From the NCBI GenBank assembly GCA_018819405.1, contig JAHJQF010000001.1:34097-98096 (forward strand): 64,000 bases of DNA, in the 5' to 3' direction. The notes below the pieces were generated by a model. The model made no database searches and was not told the origin of the DNA. It saw only the letters and a program-made list of their open reading frames with translations. This document shows positions 10,075 to 19,426 of the stretch, piece after piece (the stretch's first letter is position 1; every line of letters starts with the position of its first letter). The position numbers and the translations under genes were made by a program. This DNA is from Patescibacteria group bacterium. Its GTDB lineage: Bacteria; Patescibacteriota; Patescibacteriia; UBA1558; GWA2-36-10.

Positions 10075-11016
10075 ATGAATTCTATTATTACTACTATCTT
10101 GGCTCTTCTAGCCCTATTTTATATTTTAGGAAAATCAGCTGATTTGGCTATTTATCATCTTAAAATCATTGCCAAAAAATTGGGCATTGGTGTTTTCTTT
10201 TTAGGACTGACAATGGGCTTTTTCACTTCTTTTCCTGAATTAGCTATTGGGATCAATACTATTATTGAAGGCGTACCAAATGTATCATTGGGCAACTTAT
10301 TTGGCGGTTTGATGGTTTTGTTTGGATTGGTCTTGGGTATTAGTATTTATTTGCAACGAAAAATAGATTCTGATTATGACTATCGGGTTTTTGGTATTAT
10401 CTTACTGTTTTTGTTTGTGCCTATTTTATTTGGTCTTGACGGAACTTTTGGCACTATTGATGGTTTGATAATAACTATTTCTTATTTTGTTATATTATTC
10501 ATTTTATATTATCGCCAAAAACATACTATCAATATCCCCCATATAATAGACAGAAAAGATATAACAAAGCATACTTTTCTTTTTTTATTAGGGCTAGTCA
10601 TGGTTTTATTGGTAGCTAATTTTACAGTCCATCTCACAGTAGGACTTTTGTCTTATTTGCCGCTTAGCAAATTTGTTGTTGGAATTATCATCTTTTCTAT
10701 TGGTACCAACTTTCCAGAAATAGTCATTGCTTTTAGGTCTTGGCGAAACAATGCCAAAGAGCTGTCTTTTAGTAATCTACTTGGTTCTGGTATGGCCAAT
10801 ATTTTGTTGGTAGGAGTCTTTTCAATTATGCGACCTTTTAGTATAAAAATAGATAATTCTTATTATTTACTTATTATTGGAATAGCTGTTTTGTTGTCTT
10901 TGCTTTTTTTGTTTTACCGAACCGGACGATCCTTAAAGAGAGGCGAAGGATTAATACTAATTATTATCTATTTACTCTTTATAGTCACACAGATTATTTT
11001 TGAAGAATCAATATAG
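10075..11016 (+). CDS. Sodium/calcium exchanger (CaCA, YrbG-like) family antiporter
   Basis: Two alpha repeats: TSFPE...GNLFG and GTNFPE...SNLLGS. Confidence 0.88.
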   Translation: MNSIITTILALLALFYILGKSADLAIYHLKIIAKKLGIGVFFLGLTMGFFTSFPELAIGINTIIEGVPNVSLGNLFGGLMVLFGLVLGISIYLQRKIDSDYDYRVFGIILLFLFVPILFGLDGTFGTIDGLIITISYFVILFILYYRQKHTINIPHIIDRKDITKHTFLFLLGLVMVLLVANFTVHLTVGLLSYLPLSKFVVGIIIFSIGTNFPEIVIAFRSWRNNAKELSFSNLLGSGMANILLVGVFSIMRPFSIKIDNSYYLLIIGIAVLLSLLFLFYRTGRSLKRGEGLILIIIYLLFIVTQIIFEESI

Positions 11017-11124
11017 AAATATAGAAACAAAAAATAGCCTTTAGTGCTATTTTAAAGTCAACTCCACACTTTGGATGAGTTTAGAACTATGGATTGGTAT
11101 AGAATAAAAACTGAGTTAAATCAA

Positions 11125-11535
11125 CTATCCATTCTTAGCAATAAATAAAATATATATAATAGTAATAATTGATGGAATTATAATTATAATAATCCGAATA
11201 ATAAATTTTTTTATCAAACTTGCTATATCAGTTTTACCTGTAATATCTTTTTCAGTAAAAGGTAAATTAAAGATTGCTATAAAAATAGCAATAGACCTAT
11301 GAATAATAGATAAAATTATTTTTTTTGAACGTTGAAAATTTTCTTTATTTGGATGGGATCTAAGTATAATGTTAAGACAGACAAAAATAATAGTCCATAC
11401 TATAGTTATCGTTTCCATTTCGCTTGGCATCAGATCTTTATTATGAGTATCAAGCCTTTCTACGATGCTAGCTGAAATAAAAAAAATTATTAACAGCCAA
11501 GAAGCTACTATTGCAATTTTATCTATTTTATTCAT
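11125..11535 (-). CDS. Hypothetical membrane protein
   Basis: 136 aa with several TM segments; very AT-rich; flanked by 17-nt direct repeats. Confidence 0.6.
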   Translation of the reverse strand: MNKIDKIAIVASWLLIIFFISASIVERLDTHNKDLMPSEMETITIVWTIIFVCLNIILRSHPNKENFQRSKKIILSIIHRSIAIFIAIFNLPFTEKDITGKTDIASLIKKFIIRIIIIIIPSIITIIYILFIAKNG

Positions 11536-11668
11536 ATCAAAATTATACCAAAAAATAGCCTTTAGGGCGATTCTTCAGATACTGGCTCCGTCCCACGGCG
11601 CACTTATGCGCCTCTGGACGTCGCATAAATAAAAAAATCATTAGCCAGAAGGCTACTGATTTTTTTAA

Positions 11669-11743
11669 TGGCTCCGGGAGGGGGATTCGAACCCACGACC
11701 AATTGATTAACAGTCAACTGCTCTACCACTGAGCTATCCCGGA
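11669..11743 (-). tRNA. tRNA-Asn(GTT)
   Basis: Reverse complement TCCGGGATAGCTCAGTGGTAGAGCAGTTGACTGTTAATCAATTGGTCGTGGGTTCGAATCCCCCTCCCGGAGCCA; cloverleaf with encoded CCA. Confidence 0.97.
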
Positions 11744-11982
11744 ATGAATTTTTTAATAAATTGTCTACCCCGATAACTTTTTAGTTGTTTTTCTCTGGTC
11801 AGGGCTTCTTTTCTTGTTTTAATTTTTTCAGAATATATGATTTCCCAATTTCCATCAAATTTAGATGTATACCCAGAAAATATTTTTTTATTGTGTATAG
11901 TCAAACGTTCTGATAGATTTTTTGTTTGACCAATATAAAATTTATTTACTGTTTTGTTATAAATAGCATAGACAGTATACAT
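11734..11982 (-). CDS. Small GIY-YIG nuclease family protein
   Basis: YTVYAIY...FYIGQT..L..RL..HN...A..REKQLKS; its stop codon lies inside the 5' end of tRNA-Asn. Confidence 0.9.
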   Translation of the reverse strand: MYTVYAIYNKTVNKFYIGQTKNLSERLTIHNKKIFSGYTSKFDGNWEIIYSEKIKTRKEALTREKQLKSYRGRQFIKKFIPG

Positions 11983-12003
11983 ATCGCTTTTCTAAATTTT
12001 ATA

Positions 12004-12045
12004 AACTGCTCTGCCTCCGCCAGCTGGCGGAGAGCTATCCCGGAA
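12004..12045 (-). pseudogene. Duplicated 5' fragment of tRNA-Asn with an 18-bp palindrome replacing the D-loop
   Basis: aactgctct[gc ctccgccagctggcgga]gagctatcccggaa versus intact tRNA aactgctct[accact]gagctatcccggaa. Confidence 0.85.
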
Positions 12046-12048
12046 AAA

Positions 12049-12300
12049 TTATAAACTATTTTTTATCAAATTTTCTTTGGCTGTTTTGCTCCAAGTCTTT
12101 ATTTCCGCTTCTCTTTTCATAGCCTTGCCAACCGAAGCAAACTCCTCCCAGTAAATTATTTTAACAGGCCTTCTTTGTTTTGTATATTTAGCACCTTGAC
12201 CACTATTATGTTTGAGCTCTCTATCTTTTAAATTTGTAGTATAGCCTGTATAGATTGTGTCATCACTGCAACGGGCAAGATAACAATAATATTTTTTCAT
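12049..12300 (-). CDS. Small GIY-YIG nuclease family protein (UPF0213/YhbQ-like)
   Basis: YYCYLARCSDDTIYTGYTTNL..R...HNSGQGAKYTK.RRPV...AMKREAEIK. Confidence 0.92.
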   Translation of the reverse strand: MKKYYCYLARCSDDTIYTGYTTNLKDRELKHNSGQGAKYTKQRRPVKIIYWEEFASVGKAMKREAEIKTWSKTAKENLIKNSL

Positions 12301-12319
12301 TTGTTTTGCTCAGTTGAAT

Positions 12320-12396
12320 TGGTAGCAGGGGGGAGAATCGAACTCCCGACCTCAGGCTTATGAGTCCTACGCTCTAACCAACTGAGCTACCCTGCC
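12320..12396 (-). tRNA. tRNA-Met(CAT), probably elongator (Ile2 not excluded)
   Basis: GGCAGGGTAGCTCAGTTGGTTAGAGCGTAGGACTCATAAGCCTGAGGTCGGGAGTTCGATTCTCCCCCCTGCTACCA. Confidence 0.93.
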
Positions 12397-12416
12397 TAAG
12401 AATAGATATAAAATTT

Positions 12417-12492
12417 TGGTAGCGGGGGCCGGACTCGAACCGGCGACCTTCAGGTTATGGGCCTGACGAGCTGCCAACTGCTCTACCCCGCG
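12417..12492 (-). tRNA. Initiator tRNA-fMet(CAT)
   Basis: CGCGGGGTAGAGCAGTTGGCAGCTCGTCAGGCCCATAACCTGAAGGTCGCCGGTTCGAGTCCGGCCCCCGCTACCA; C1 unpaired. Confidence 0.93.
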
Positions 12493-12515
12493 TCGTGAAA
12501 TAAATATAATTTTGG

Positions 12516-12592
12516 TGGTCGGAGTGGTGGGACTTGAACCCACGACCTTACGCACCCCATGCGCACGCGCTAGCCAACTGCGCCACACCCCG
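12516..12592 (-). tRNA. tRNA-Pro(GGG)
   Basis: CGGGGTGTGGCGCAGTTGGCTAGCGCGTGCGCATGGGGTGCGTAAGGTCGTGGGTTCAAGTCCCACCACTCCGACCA. Confidence 0.95.
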
Positions 12593-12640
12593 CAAAATTA
12601 TATACTAAAGTATAGAGGGTTATGGCACAATTTACAAGTT

Positions 12641-12717
12641 TGGTGGACCCAAGGAGACTTGAACTCCTGACCTCTTCCATGCCATGGAAGCGTTCTAGCC
12701 AACTGAACTATGGGCCC
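12641..12717 (-). tRNA. tRNA-Ala(GGC)
   Basis: GGGCCCATAGTTCAGTTGGCTAGAACGCTTCCATGGCATGGAAGAGGTCAGGAGTTCAAGTCTCCTTGGGTCCACCA; G3:U70 pair. Confidence 0.96.
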
Positions 12718-12810
12718 TATAAATAATTGCTTAATTGTCTAATTGATTAATAGTTTAATTGTTCTTATCAATTATCCTATTATACTATCAATCTATATAG
12801 CCTATTAATT

Positions 12811-12897
12811 TGGTACCGAGGAGAGGAATCGAACCTCCACGGGGTTGCCCCCACTGGATTTTGAGTCCAGCGCGTCTACCAATTCCGCCACCTCGGC
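12811..12897 (-). tRNA. tRNA-Leu(CAA)
   Basis: GCCGAGGTGGCGGAATTGGTAGACGCGCTGGACTCAAAATCCAGTGGGGGCAACCCCGTGGAGGTTCGATTCCTCTCCTCGGTACCA; long variable arm. Confidence 0.96.
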
Positions 12898-12919
12898 AAA
12901 AATACGAATAACACGGATG

Positions 12920-12948
12920 ATTTTACAATATAAATGGATTTTAGTCAA
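12920..12948 (-). promoter_or_regulatory. Sigma70-type promoter of the tRNA cluster
   Basis: TTGACT-N17-TAAAAT about 20 nt upstream of tRNA-Leu. Confidence 0.75.
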
Positions 12949-13020
12949 CCCTTAAAAATAAAAGAGCGGCCAGACCCAATGAGCTCGGCCGCCTATGCTT
13001 CTTCTCAAGCTGGAGGCAAA

Positions 13021-13287
13021 CTACCACCAATTGCGGCGATAGTCCCGCCTGTCCATGAGCTGCGCCTCCTGAGCCGCCTGCTTGCGTCTGAGTTTGGCCG
13101 CTTCTGCGAACTCGGCGTAGAGTAGCGCGGATACTTGATGTACCGATATACCCCGACGAGCTGCCTCAGCCCTGAGACGATCCTCCTTCTCCTGTTTGGC
13201 ACGAAACTTCCTGGCCTTGGATTTGGCCTGGCCGGGTGTCTGGCAGCAGCCAAAGACCCTTTCACGACGTGACGAACGTGTGCTCAA
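13021..13287 (-). CDS. Small basic hypothetical protein on a GC-rich islet
   Basis: AGGAGG SD 6 nt before a TTG start at 13287; TTGACA-N17-TAAATT upstream (13338-13366); hairpin plus T-run downstream (about 12955-12992). Confidence 0.6.
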   Translation of the reverse strand: MSTRSSRRERVFGCCQTPGQAKSKARKFRAKQEKEDRLRAEAARRGISVHQVSALLYAEFAEAAKLRRKQAAQEAQLMDRRDYRRNWW

Positions 13288-13371
13288 GACATACCTCCTA
13301 TGTTGTTGCCACATGTTATGGGGGCAAAACTTATAATAATTTATCTAAATTAAAACAAATTGTCAATACAA

Positions 13372-15024
13372 CTATTTGAGCAGCCTCAAACGACCCTCAT
13401 CAACAGTAATTATTCCCACCTCACTATTTTCAATACGCTTTCTCATGTCTGAGTTGGGAATGAAACGTATTGTATTGGCCATATAATTTTGATAGTTATA
13501 ATTCCAAAGCTCCCAATACACATCATTGACTTCAATTGAAGTAATACCAGTCACTACAAAAGAGCCATCTACGCTTTCGGCAAACCAGCCTAGATTGTCA
13601 CGACGCCAGTTCAAAAGATGTTTGTTTTTATTTTCTTTGTTGACCACCACATAGGCATAAGTCGGCAATATCTCTGGCGCCTTGTCTTTGTAATATATCT
13701 CAAGAGCTTGACCAAGATTATTTCTGAATACTTCTGCTCCCGATAGATTATCAGGCAAGCCAACCGACAGATAGAAATTTGTCTGAGGGGAATGTATGTA
13801 TTTGTAACTATCTACTATCTGACGACTGAGATCTCCAGCTGCCTGCCAAATAATACTTTTGTAATAAATAATAGAGCTAGACAATATCAAAAATAAAATT
13901 AAAATTATTTTTTTTATACTTAGTGAAAATTTTAAGACTGCCAACAAGTAGACCAAAATCATCAAGAAAAAACTAGCCGACAAATACATGTATCTTTCTC
14001 CAGCAAAAGTAGTGTGGTGGAGACCAGTTATTAAAAATGGTGATAGCATAAACAAAAATCCGGCAAACAAAACAAATTGGAGCCACTGTTTTTTTATAAG
14101 TAATACAAAAAAATACAAAGCCAAAAAAGAAAACAAAATAATAACAATTGGCGCCAGATAATAATAAATTGCTTTGTACATCAAAGGCCTAATAAAACCA
14201 AAAGTGACCATATCTCCCAAATAGACGGCCAAGTTGCCTGCCCAGTCACCTGCTGCCAAATTCAAACTATGACTACCATAATAACCAAATAAAAGCCCAA
14301 TAGCTATGTATCGAACCACCAAAAATGAAATCAACAAAACAAAATACCCTGTCAAATACGTATAAGCTGGTATTGATTTATTTTTTTCTTTGATAGAATA
14401 AAAATAAATTTCTAACATCATAATAACAAAAGGCAAGCTAATAGCTGTCTCTTTTATAAGTAGAGCTACGGTAAAAAATAAAAACGACAAAAACAAATTT
14501 ATTTTTTTGCTATTTTTTCTAAAGTCAAAATATTTCAAAAGTGCCAAAAAATAAAACAATGTCATCCAAAGATGTGGCCAGGCGGCTACCCAAGAAACTA
14601 TCTCCACCTGTATAGGCCAAATCAAAAATAAAAGTCCCACCAAAATGGCCCAAGGTTTTTTATCTTTTATTTTTGTCCAAGAAAAAGTATGTTTGGCCAA
14701 CAAATAAACCAACCAAGAGTTAACACCGTGTAGCAATAAGCTCACCAAATGATAGCCAAAATATCGCAAATCAAATAGGCTATAAAAAAATTTGAATATA
14801 AACACCAAAAGAGGATTGTAAGATCCACCGTAAGTCTGACCCTCATAATTGGTCAAAAATATATGCCAAGAAGGATGAAAATCGCGGGCAATGACCAACC
14901 AATGAAAATCATCAGAAACAAAAAAATTTATCAGCGCTTGGTGATAAAATAGTATGCTCAATCCCAAAAATATAAATAGAATATGCCAAGATTTTATATT
15001 GTTCAATCTATTTTGACAATCCAT
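13372..15024 (-). CDS. GT-C/PMT-like polytopic membrane glycosyltransferase
   Basis: FFVSDDF, YHLVSLLLHGVN, ALLIKETA and ERYMYL motifs; many TM helices. Confidence 0.75.
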   Translation of the reverse strand: MDCQNRLNNIKSWHILFIFLGLSILFYHQALINFFVSDDFHWLVIARDFHPSWHIFLTNYEGQTYGGSYNPLLVFIFKFFYSLFDLRYFGYHLVSLLLHGVNSWLVYLLAKHTFSWTKIKDKKPWAILVGLLFLIWPIQVEIVSWVAAWPHLWMTLFYFLALLKYFDFRKNSKKINLFLSFLFFTVALLIKETAISLPFVIMMLEIYFYSIKEKNKSIPAYTYLTGYFVLLISFLVVRYIAIGLLFGYYGSHSLNLAAGDWAGNLAVYLGDMVTFGFIRPLMYKAIYYYLAPIVIILFSFLALYFFVLLIKKQWLQFVLFAGFLFMLSPFLITGLHHTTFAGERYMYLSASFFLMILVYLLAVLKFSLSIKKIILILFLILSSSIIYYKSIIWQAAGDLSRQIVDSYKYIHSPQTNFYLSVGLPDNLSGAEVFRNNLGQALEIYYKDKAPEILPTYAYVVVNKENKNKHLLNWRRDNLGWFAESVDGSFVVTGITSIEVNDVYWELWNYNYQNYMANTIRFIPNSDMRKRIENSEVGIITVDEGRLRLLK

Positions 15025-15027
15025 AAT

Positions 15028-15483
15028 CTAAAAAGAAATTTTTACCAAAGTTAGGGTGACTAATATCTGAAAAGGTACACCATAGACGATAGAATACTGC
15101 CAACTAAATATATTGTGAAGCTTGGCATGATATACTATATACCAATATAAACTGGTCAAACGGAAACTCTCAATAACTATCCAGGCCAAATCAGGAAGCC
15201 AAGCTCCAAAGACAGCCCAAAATAAAACCCAATGGTTGATGCCCTGATGGCTAATAACATAAAAATAAACCAAAGCACAAGAAACAACCATGTCTATAGA
15301 AGCAACATTTAAAAGGTAGAGAAATTTCTCTTTACCTTTTTTATCTTCAGCCAAATTGTCATCTCCGTGAGGCACCATATCCAAAATAAAATGCGATAAT
15401 AGACTAAAAATAAACGCTAAAAATGGGTCACTTACTTTGGTACTGACCCAGATAGCAGCTGAAGTGTGCGGGGTTATAAACAT
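15028..15483 (-). CDS. Membrane protein (metal-dependent hydrolase-like)
   Basis: TPH, SHFILDMVPH and WLPD motifs with TM segments. Confidence 0.6.
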   Translation of the reverse strand: MFITPHTSAAIWVSTKVSDPFLAFIFSLLSHFILDMVPHGDDNLAEDKKGKEKFLYLLNVASIDMVVSCALVYFYVISHQGINHWVLFWAVFGAWLPDLAWIVIESFRLTSLYWYIVYHAKLHNIFSWQYSIVYGVPFQILVTLTLVKISF

Positions 15484-15510
15484 AAATCTATAATAGCATA
15501 AAAATATAAT

Positions 15511-16824
15511 TTAATAGTCCCTCAATTTCCTCATATCCTCATGTTTTTTGATGCGTTCCAAAGCTTTGGCCTCAATCTGACGAATACGCTCACGAGTGAC
15601 GCCAAACTCTTGACCCACCTCTTCCAAGGTATGAGCCACGCCATCGGTCAGACCAAAACGCATTTCTAATATCTTTTGCTCACGAGGAGTAAGATCACTG
15701 ATTACTTTGCGCACATGATCGCCTAGTAGCTTGAGAGCCGCCACACGATCTGGACCAATATTTTTTTCATCTTCAATAAAATCACCTAGGGTACTATCTT
15801 CTTCATCGTCACCAACTGATGCTTCCAAAGATACTGTCTCTTGAGAAATTTTGATAATCTGTCTTATCTTGTCAATATCCTCGCCCATTTCAGAAGCAAT
15901 CTCTTCTGGCAAGGGATCCCGACCCAATTCTTGAACCAAACGACGCTCAATCTGATTGAAACGATTGATAGTTTCTACCATGTGTACAGGAATACGGATT
16001 GTCCTACTCTGATCAGCCAAGGCACGAGTGATAGCCTGACGAATCCACCAAGTAGCATAAGTAGAAAATTTATAACCTTTGCGATAATCAAATTTTTCTA
16101 CTGCTCTAAAAAGTCCAATATTACCTTCTTGAATGAGGTCCAACAATGTCAGAGATCTGCCGGTAAATTTTTTGGCAATAGAAACTACCAAACGTAAATT
16201 GGCTTCTATCAATTTTTTCTTGGCTTCTAAATCACCTTTTTCTTTACGCTTGGCCAAAGCCATTTCTTCTTCCGAATTTAAGAGCGGCACTTTGCCAATC
16301 TCACGCAAATACATCTGGATAGAATCGGAGGCAATGTCAGTCAAATCTCCTCGCTTTTCATCACTACCTACTCCTGATTTGGACAAAATTGCCGAAGTCT
16401 TCTCATCTACATTTAAAATATTACCTTCGGTCGCTACGACAGAAATTGCCATATCTTCCAATTTGTCTAAAAGATCTTCCAGTCTTGGAATATAATCTTC
16501 CAAATTAGAAAAGACCCTCAGAATCTCATCTTCAGTGATAAAACTCCTAGAGTGGGCTTTTTTTATCAAAAGCTCAATAGCCGCTTCATCTATTTTAGCT
16601 TTGACTGCTTTTGTTTTGACAGTAGTCTTTTTGACCACTGATTTTTTAGTTGTTTTGCTGACAGATTTTTTTGCTGCCGGCTTGTTCTTTTTTAGCGCTG
16701 TTTTTTTGACAGCCGCTTTACTAGCCTTTTTAGGTTTGTTGACACTCCTTTTTGAAGCAGTGCTTTTTTTGGCCACCTTTTTTGCAGTGACCGATTTTTT
16801 AGTTGTCTTTTTTTTGACAGGCAT
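15511..16824 (-). CDS. rpoD: RNA polymerase primary sigma factor with Lys-rich N-terminal extension
   Basis: [58 protein letters not shown]. Confidence 0.97.
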   Translation of the reverse strand: MPVKKKTTKKSVTAKKVAKKSTASKRSVNKPKKASKAAVKKTALKKNKPAAKKSVSKTTKKSVVKKTTVKTKAVKAKIDEAAIELLIKKAHSRSFITEDEILRVFSNLEDYIPRLEDLLDKLEDMAISVVATEGNILNVDEKTSAILSKSGVGSDEKRGDLTDIASDSIQMYLREIGKVPLLNSEEEMALAKRKEKGDLEAKKKLIEANLRLVVSIAKKFTGRSLTLLDLIQEGNIGLFRAVEKFDYRKGYKFSTYATWWIRQAITRALADQSRTIRIPVHMVETINRFNQIERRLVQELGRDPLPEEIASEMGEDIDKIRQIIKISQETVSLEASVGDDEEDSTLGDFIEDEKNIGPDRVAALKLLGDHVRKVISDLTPREQKILEMRFGLTDGVAHTLEEVGQEFGVTRERIRQIEAKALERIKKHEDMRKLRDY

Positions 16825-16827
16825 GCG

Positions 16828-18618
16828 CTAGCTCTGTAAATTATTTATTTCTCTATTAATTAAATTTATTTTATGCGATATTTCGTCTTGTTTGGCTTTA
16901 TCTTTTACCAATTCCGACTGACGTAAATTGTTTATCAATTCCGCTCTTTGAGACTCCAAATATAATTTTTTGACCCTATTAAGCAATTGTTGAAAATCAT
17001 TTGCCAAATCCGACTGGTCTGATTCATTATAGTTTTTTTCTCCCCAAAGTGAGAGTTTTATCCAGTCATCTTTTTCTAATTGTTCAATTTCAGAGAAGTT
17101 GGCAAAATTGCCTAAATTCTGATGCTTAGTATAATAAATTATTACTTTTTTGTAAAGGGGCCTTAAACTCTCAGCAATAAACTCCGGCTCCAAATCAGCT
17201 ATCAATTTTTCTAGATATTCTTTCTTATAAAAAGCAATGGCCAAAAGCTCTTCTGAAAGCATTAGAATTTGATCTTTTCTTTTGGGTGTGGCTGCGACCA
17301 CAGTAGTTTCTGTCTTCTCCAAAAATGACTTGGCTTGATCTAAATCATTTTTAAGCATATCAAAAGGTAATTGTAACTTATCAGACAAAATCTTCAGATA
17401 ATGTGCTTGTTCTACATTACTACCTAGATATTTTATAATGGGTAGAAGTTTATTGACAGCAAGTTTTTTGTGGTCAGCGCGATTGAGATCAATAGCTGAA
17501 AAAATCCTCTTGAAATAATAATCCATTACTGGTATAGATTCTTTGATGGCGCTCAGCCAGGCATTATCGGAGTCTTTTACCATGTCAGCCGGATCCTTGC
17601 CTTTTGGTAAAACCAAAATTTTTACATTCATATCTTCCTGCCAACACAAGGCAATACTTCTAAAAGAAGCCCGAGAGCCGGCCGCATCACCATCAAAAGC
17701 TAAAATAATATTATTGCTATATCTTTTTATCAGTTTGATATGGTCTATAGTAAGAGCCGTACCTGACACTGCTACACAATTTTTAGCACTAGTCTGATGA
17801 GAAGCAATAACATCCATATTACCTTCTACAATAATCAGATATTTTTTGTTTCGGATAGTATCTTTAGCCAAATGCCAACCATAGAGTAGCCTGCTCTTGT
17901 CATATACTATGGTCTGAGGACTATTGATATACTTGCCGCCTTGTTCTATTTCATCATAGGCAATGCCGGCCAAGGTACGTGATGTAAAAGCTACTACTCG
18001 GCCTTGGCTATCAAACAGAGGAAACATCAGTCTTTTTCTAAAACGATCCACATAACCGCTATTATCTTTTTTTTTGACTATCAGACCGGCATCAAACATT
18101 TCTTTTTCGCTGTAGCCATTTTCAATCAAATATTTATAAAGGCCATCCCAAAGCTCGCCGGATAATCCTAATTTCCATTTTGAGATACTACCTTTGTCTA
18201 TTTTTCTTTTATCTAGATAATCCTTTACTTTGTCTGACACCTGGCCGTCTTGCTCCAAAATATTGTGATAAAAATCAGCCGCTGCTTGATTGACCTGATA
18301 AATGCGACTGTTGTCTTTTGTAACTATATTTGAAAAACCAGTCAAAGCTACATTGGCTCGTTCGGCTAGTATCCTAACCGCCTCTTTAAAATCTATACCC
18401 TCATACTCCTGGACAAAGCTGATTACATCGCCACCCTTATCGCAACCAAAACAATGCCAAATTTGTTTTTCTTTGGACACCATAAAGCTAGGTGTTTTTT
18501 CATTATGAAAAGGACAGACTGCCTTAAAATTGCCGCCTACCTGCTGTAGATTGATGTAACTAGACACTGTCTCTACTATATCCAAACGATTTTTTATTTC
18601 CTCTACCGGACTTGTCAT
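16828..18618 (-). CDS. dnaG: DNA primase
   Basis: CPFHNEKTPSF...CFGC zinc finger, KYINSP, VEGNMDV, FDGDAAG and KDPAD. Confidence 0.97.
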   Translation of the reverse strand: MTSPVEEIKNRLDIVETVSSYINLQQVGGNFKAVCPFHNEKTPSFMVSKEKQIWHCFGCDKGGDVISFVQEYEGIDFKEAVRILAERANVALTGFSNIVTKDNSRIYQVNQAAADFYHNILEQDGQVSDKVKDYLDKRKIDKGSISKWKLGLSGELWDGLYKYLIENGYSEKEMFDAGLIVKKKDNSGYVDRFRKRLMFPLFDSQGRVVAFTSRTLAGIAYDEIEQGGKYINSPQTIVYDKSRLLYGWHLAKDTIRNKKYLIIVEGNMDVIASHQTSAKNCVAVSGTALTIDHIKLIKRYSNNIILAFDGDAAGSRASFRSIALCWQEDMNVKILVLPKGKDPADMVKDSDNAWLSAIKESIPVMDYYFKRIFSAIDLNRADHKKLAVNKLLPIIKYLGSNVEQAHYLKILSDKLQLPFDMLKNDLDQAKSFLEKTETTVVAATPKRKDQILMLSEELLAIAFYKKEYLEKLIADLEPEFIAESLRPLYKKVIIYYTKHQNLGNFANFSEIEQLEKDDWIKLSLWGEKNYNESDQSDLANDFQQLLNRVKKLYLESQRAELINNLRQSELVKDKAKQDEISHKINLINREINNLQS

Positions 18619-18624
18619 GCTCTT

Positions 18625-18653
18625 ATCTTAGGCTAAATTTTAGCTTTAGTCAA
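18625..18653 (-). promoter_or_regulatory. dnaG promoter, likely leaderless
   Basis: TTGACT-N17-TAAGAT followed by 6 nt and then the dnaG ATG. Confidence 0.7.
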
Positions 18654-18718
18654 AGAAAAAGGCGCCGGACAAAATCATGATTTGCCAGACGCCTTCTCAA
18701 TAGATTTGGGGTCAAATT

Positions 18719-18931
18719 CTACGACCCATCATCCTTTTTAGGTGGCACGAAAGCATATTTCAAGCCACACACACTGCAGTGGAAACCCTTAAAAACATCC
18801 CTGTACTGCCTACGGCCACCTGGGCCAAAAATACGTGGCCCTGTGCTGGGATCATACTCTGTTGTTATGACCTTTACTATCTTAGCGCCGCAAACCACAC
18901 AATGACCATCGGTTTCAACTACTTGTGACAT
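18719..18931 (-). CDS. Small zinc-ribbon-like protein (CxxC...CxxC)
   Basis: HCVVCG...FHCSVCG; SD AAAGGA before the ATG at 18931. Confidence 0.65.
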   Translation of the reverse strand: MSQVVETDGHCVVCGAKIVKVITTEYDPSTGPRIFGPGGRRQYRDVFKGFHCSVCGLKYAFVPPKKDDGS

Positions 18932-18967
18932 TTCTAATCCTTTCGTTGAGTGAACGTTGATGGACAA

Positions 18968-19426
18968 TTAAAAATTAACACTATTTTCCAAACTAATCAA
19001 ATATTTTTTATTTTTTAGGCCACCAGCATAACCAACTAGCCTACCAGTAGCACCCACTACTCTGTGGCAAGGTATAATAATAGGTATTTTATTTTTATTG
19101 ACTGCTTGACCTATTGCTCGGCTAGCCAGAGGATTGCCTACCATTTTGGCCAGATCAGAATAAGAAATAACACTGCCATAAGGTATTTTGGACAAGGCAA
19201 GCCAAACTTTATTTTGCCAATTAGTGCCCGCTAGCTTAATAGGTAAATCAAATTTTTTTCTTTTACTTTTGAAATACTGGTTTAATTGAACAACACACTT
19301 GGTTCCAAGTGTGTTGTCGCTATTTTGGCCAATTTTTTTGACAAAATTTATAGCCAAAATATTTTGTTTGTCAGATACAATTTCTAAAACACCGACTGGT
19401 GAATCTAGATAATTTCTGTATTGCAT
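18968..19426 (-). CDS. ogt: Methylated-DNA-protein-cysteine methyltransferase
   Basis: IPCHRVV active site; KIPYGSVISY. Confidence 0.95.
   Translation of the reverse strand: MQYRNYLDSPVGVLEIVSDKQNILAINFVKKIGQNSDNTLGTKCVVQLNQYFKSKRKKFDLPIKLAGTNWQNKVWLALSKIPYGSVISYSDLAKMVGNPLASRAIGQAVNKNKIPIIIPCHRVVGATGRLVGYAGGLKNKKYLISLENSVNF

Noticed and set aside
12367-12588. 73-aa ORF on the minus strand
   Set aside because: It is a translation of the tRNA-Pro, fMet and Met genes.
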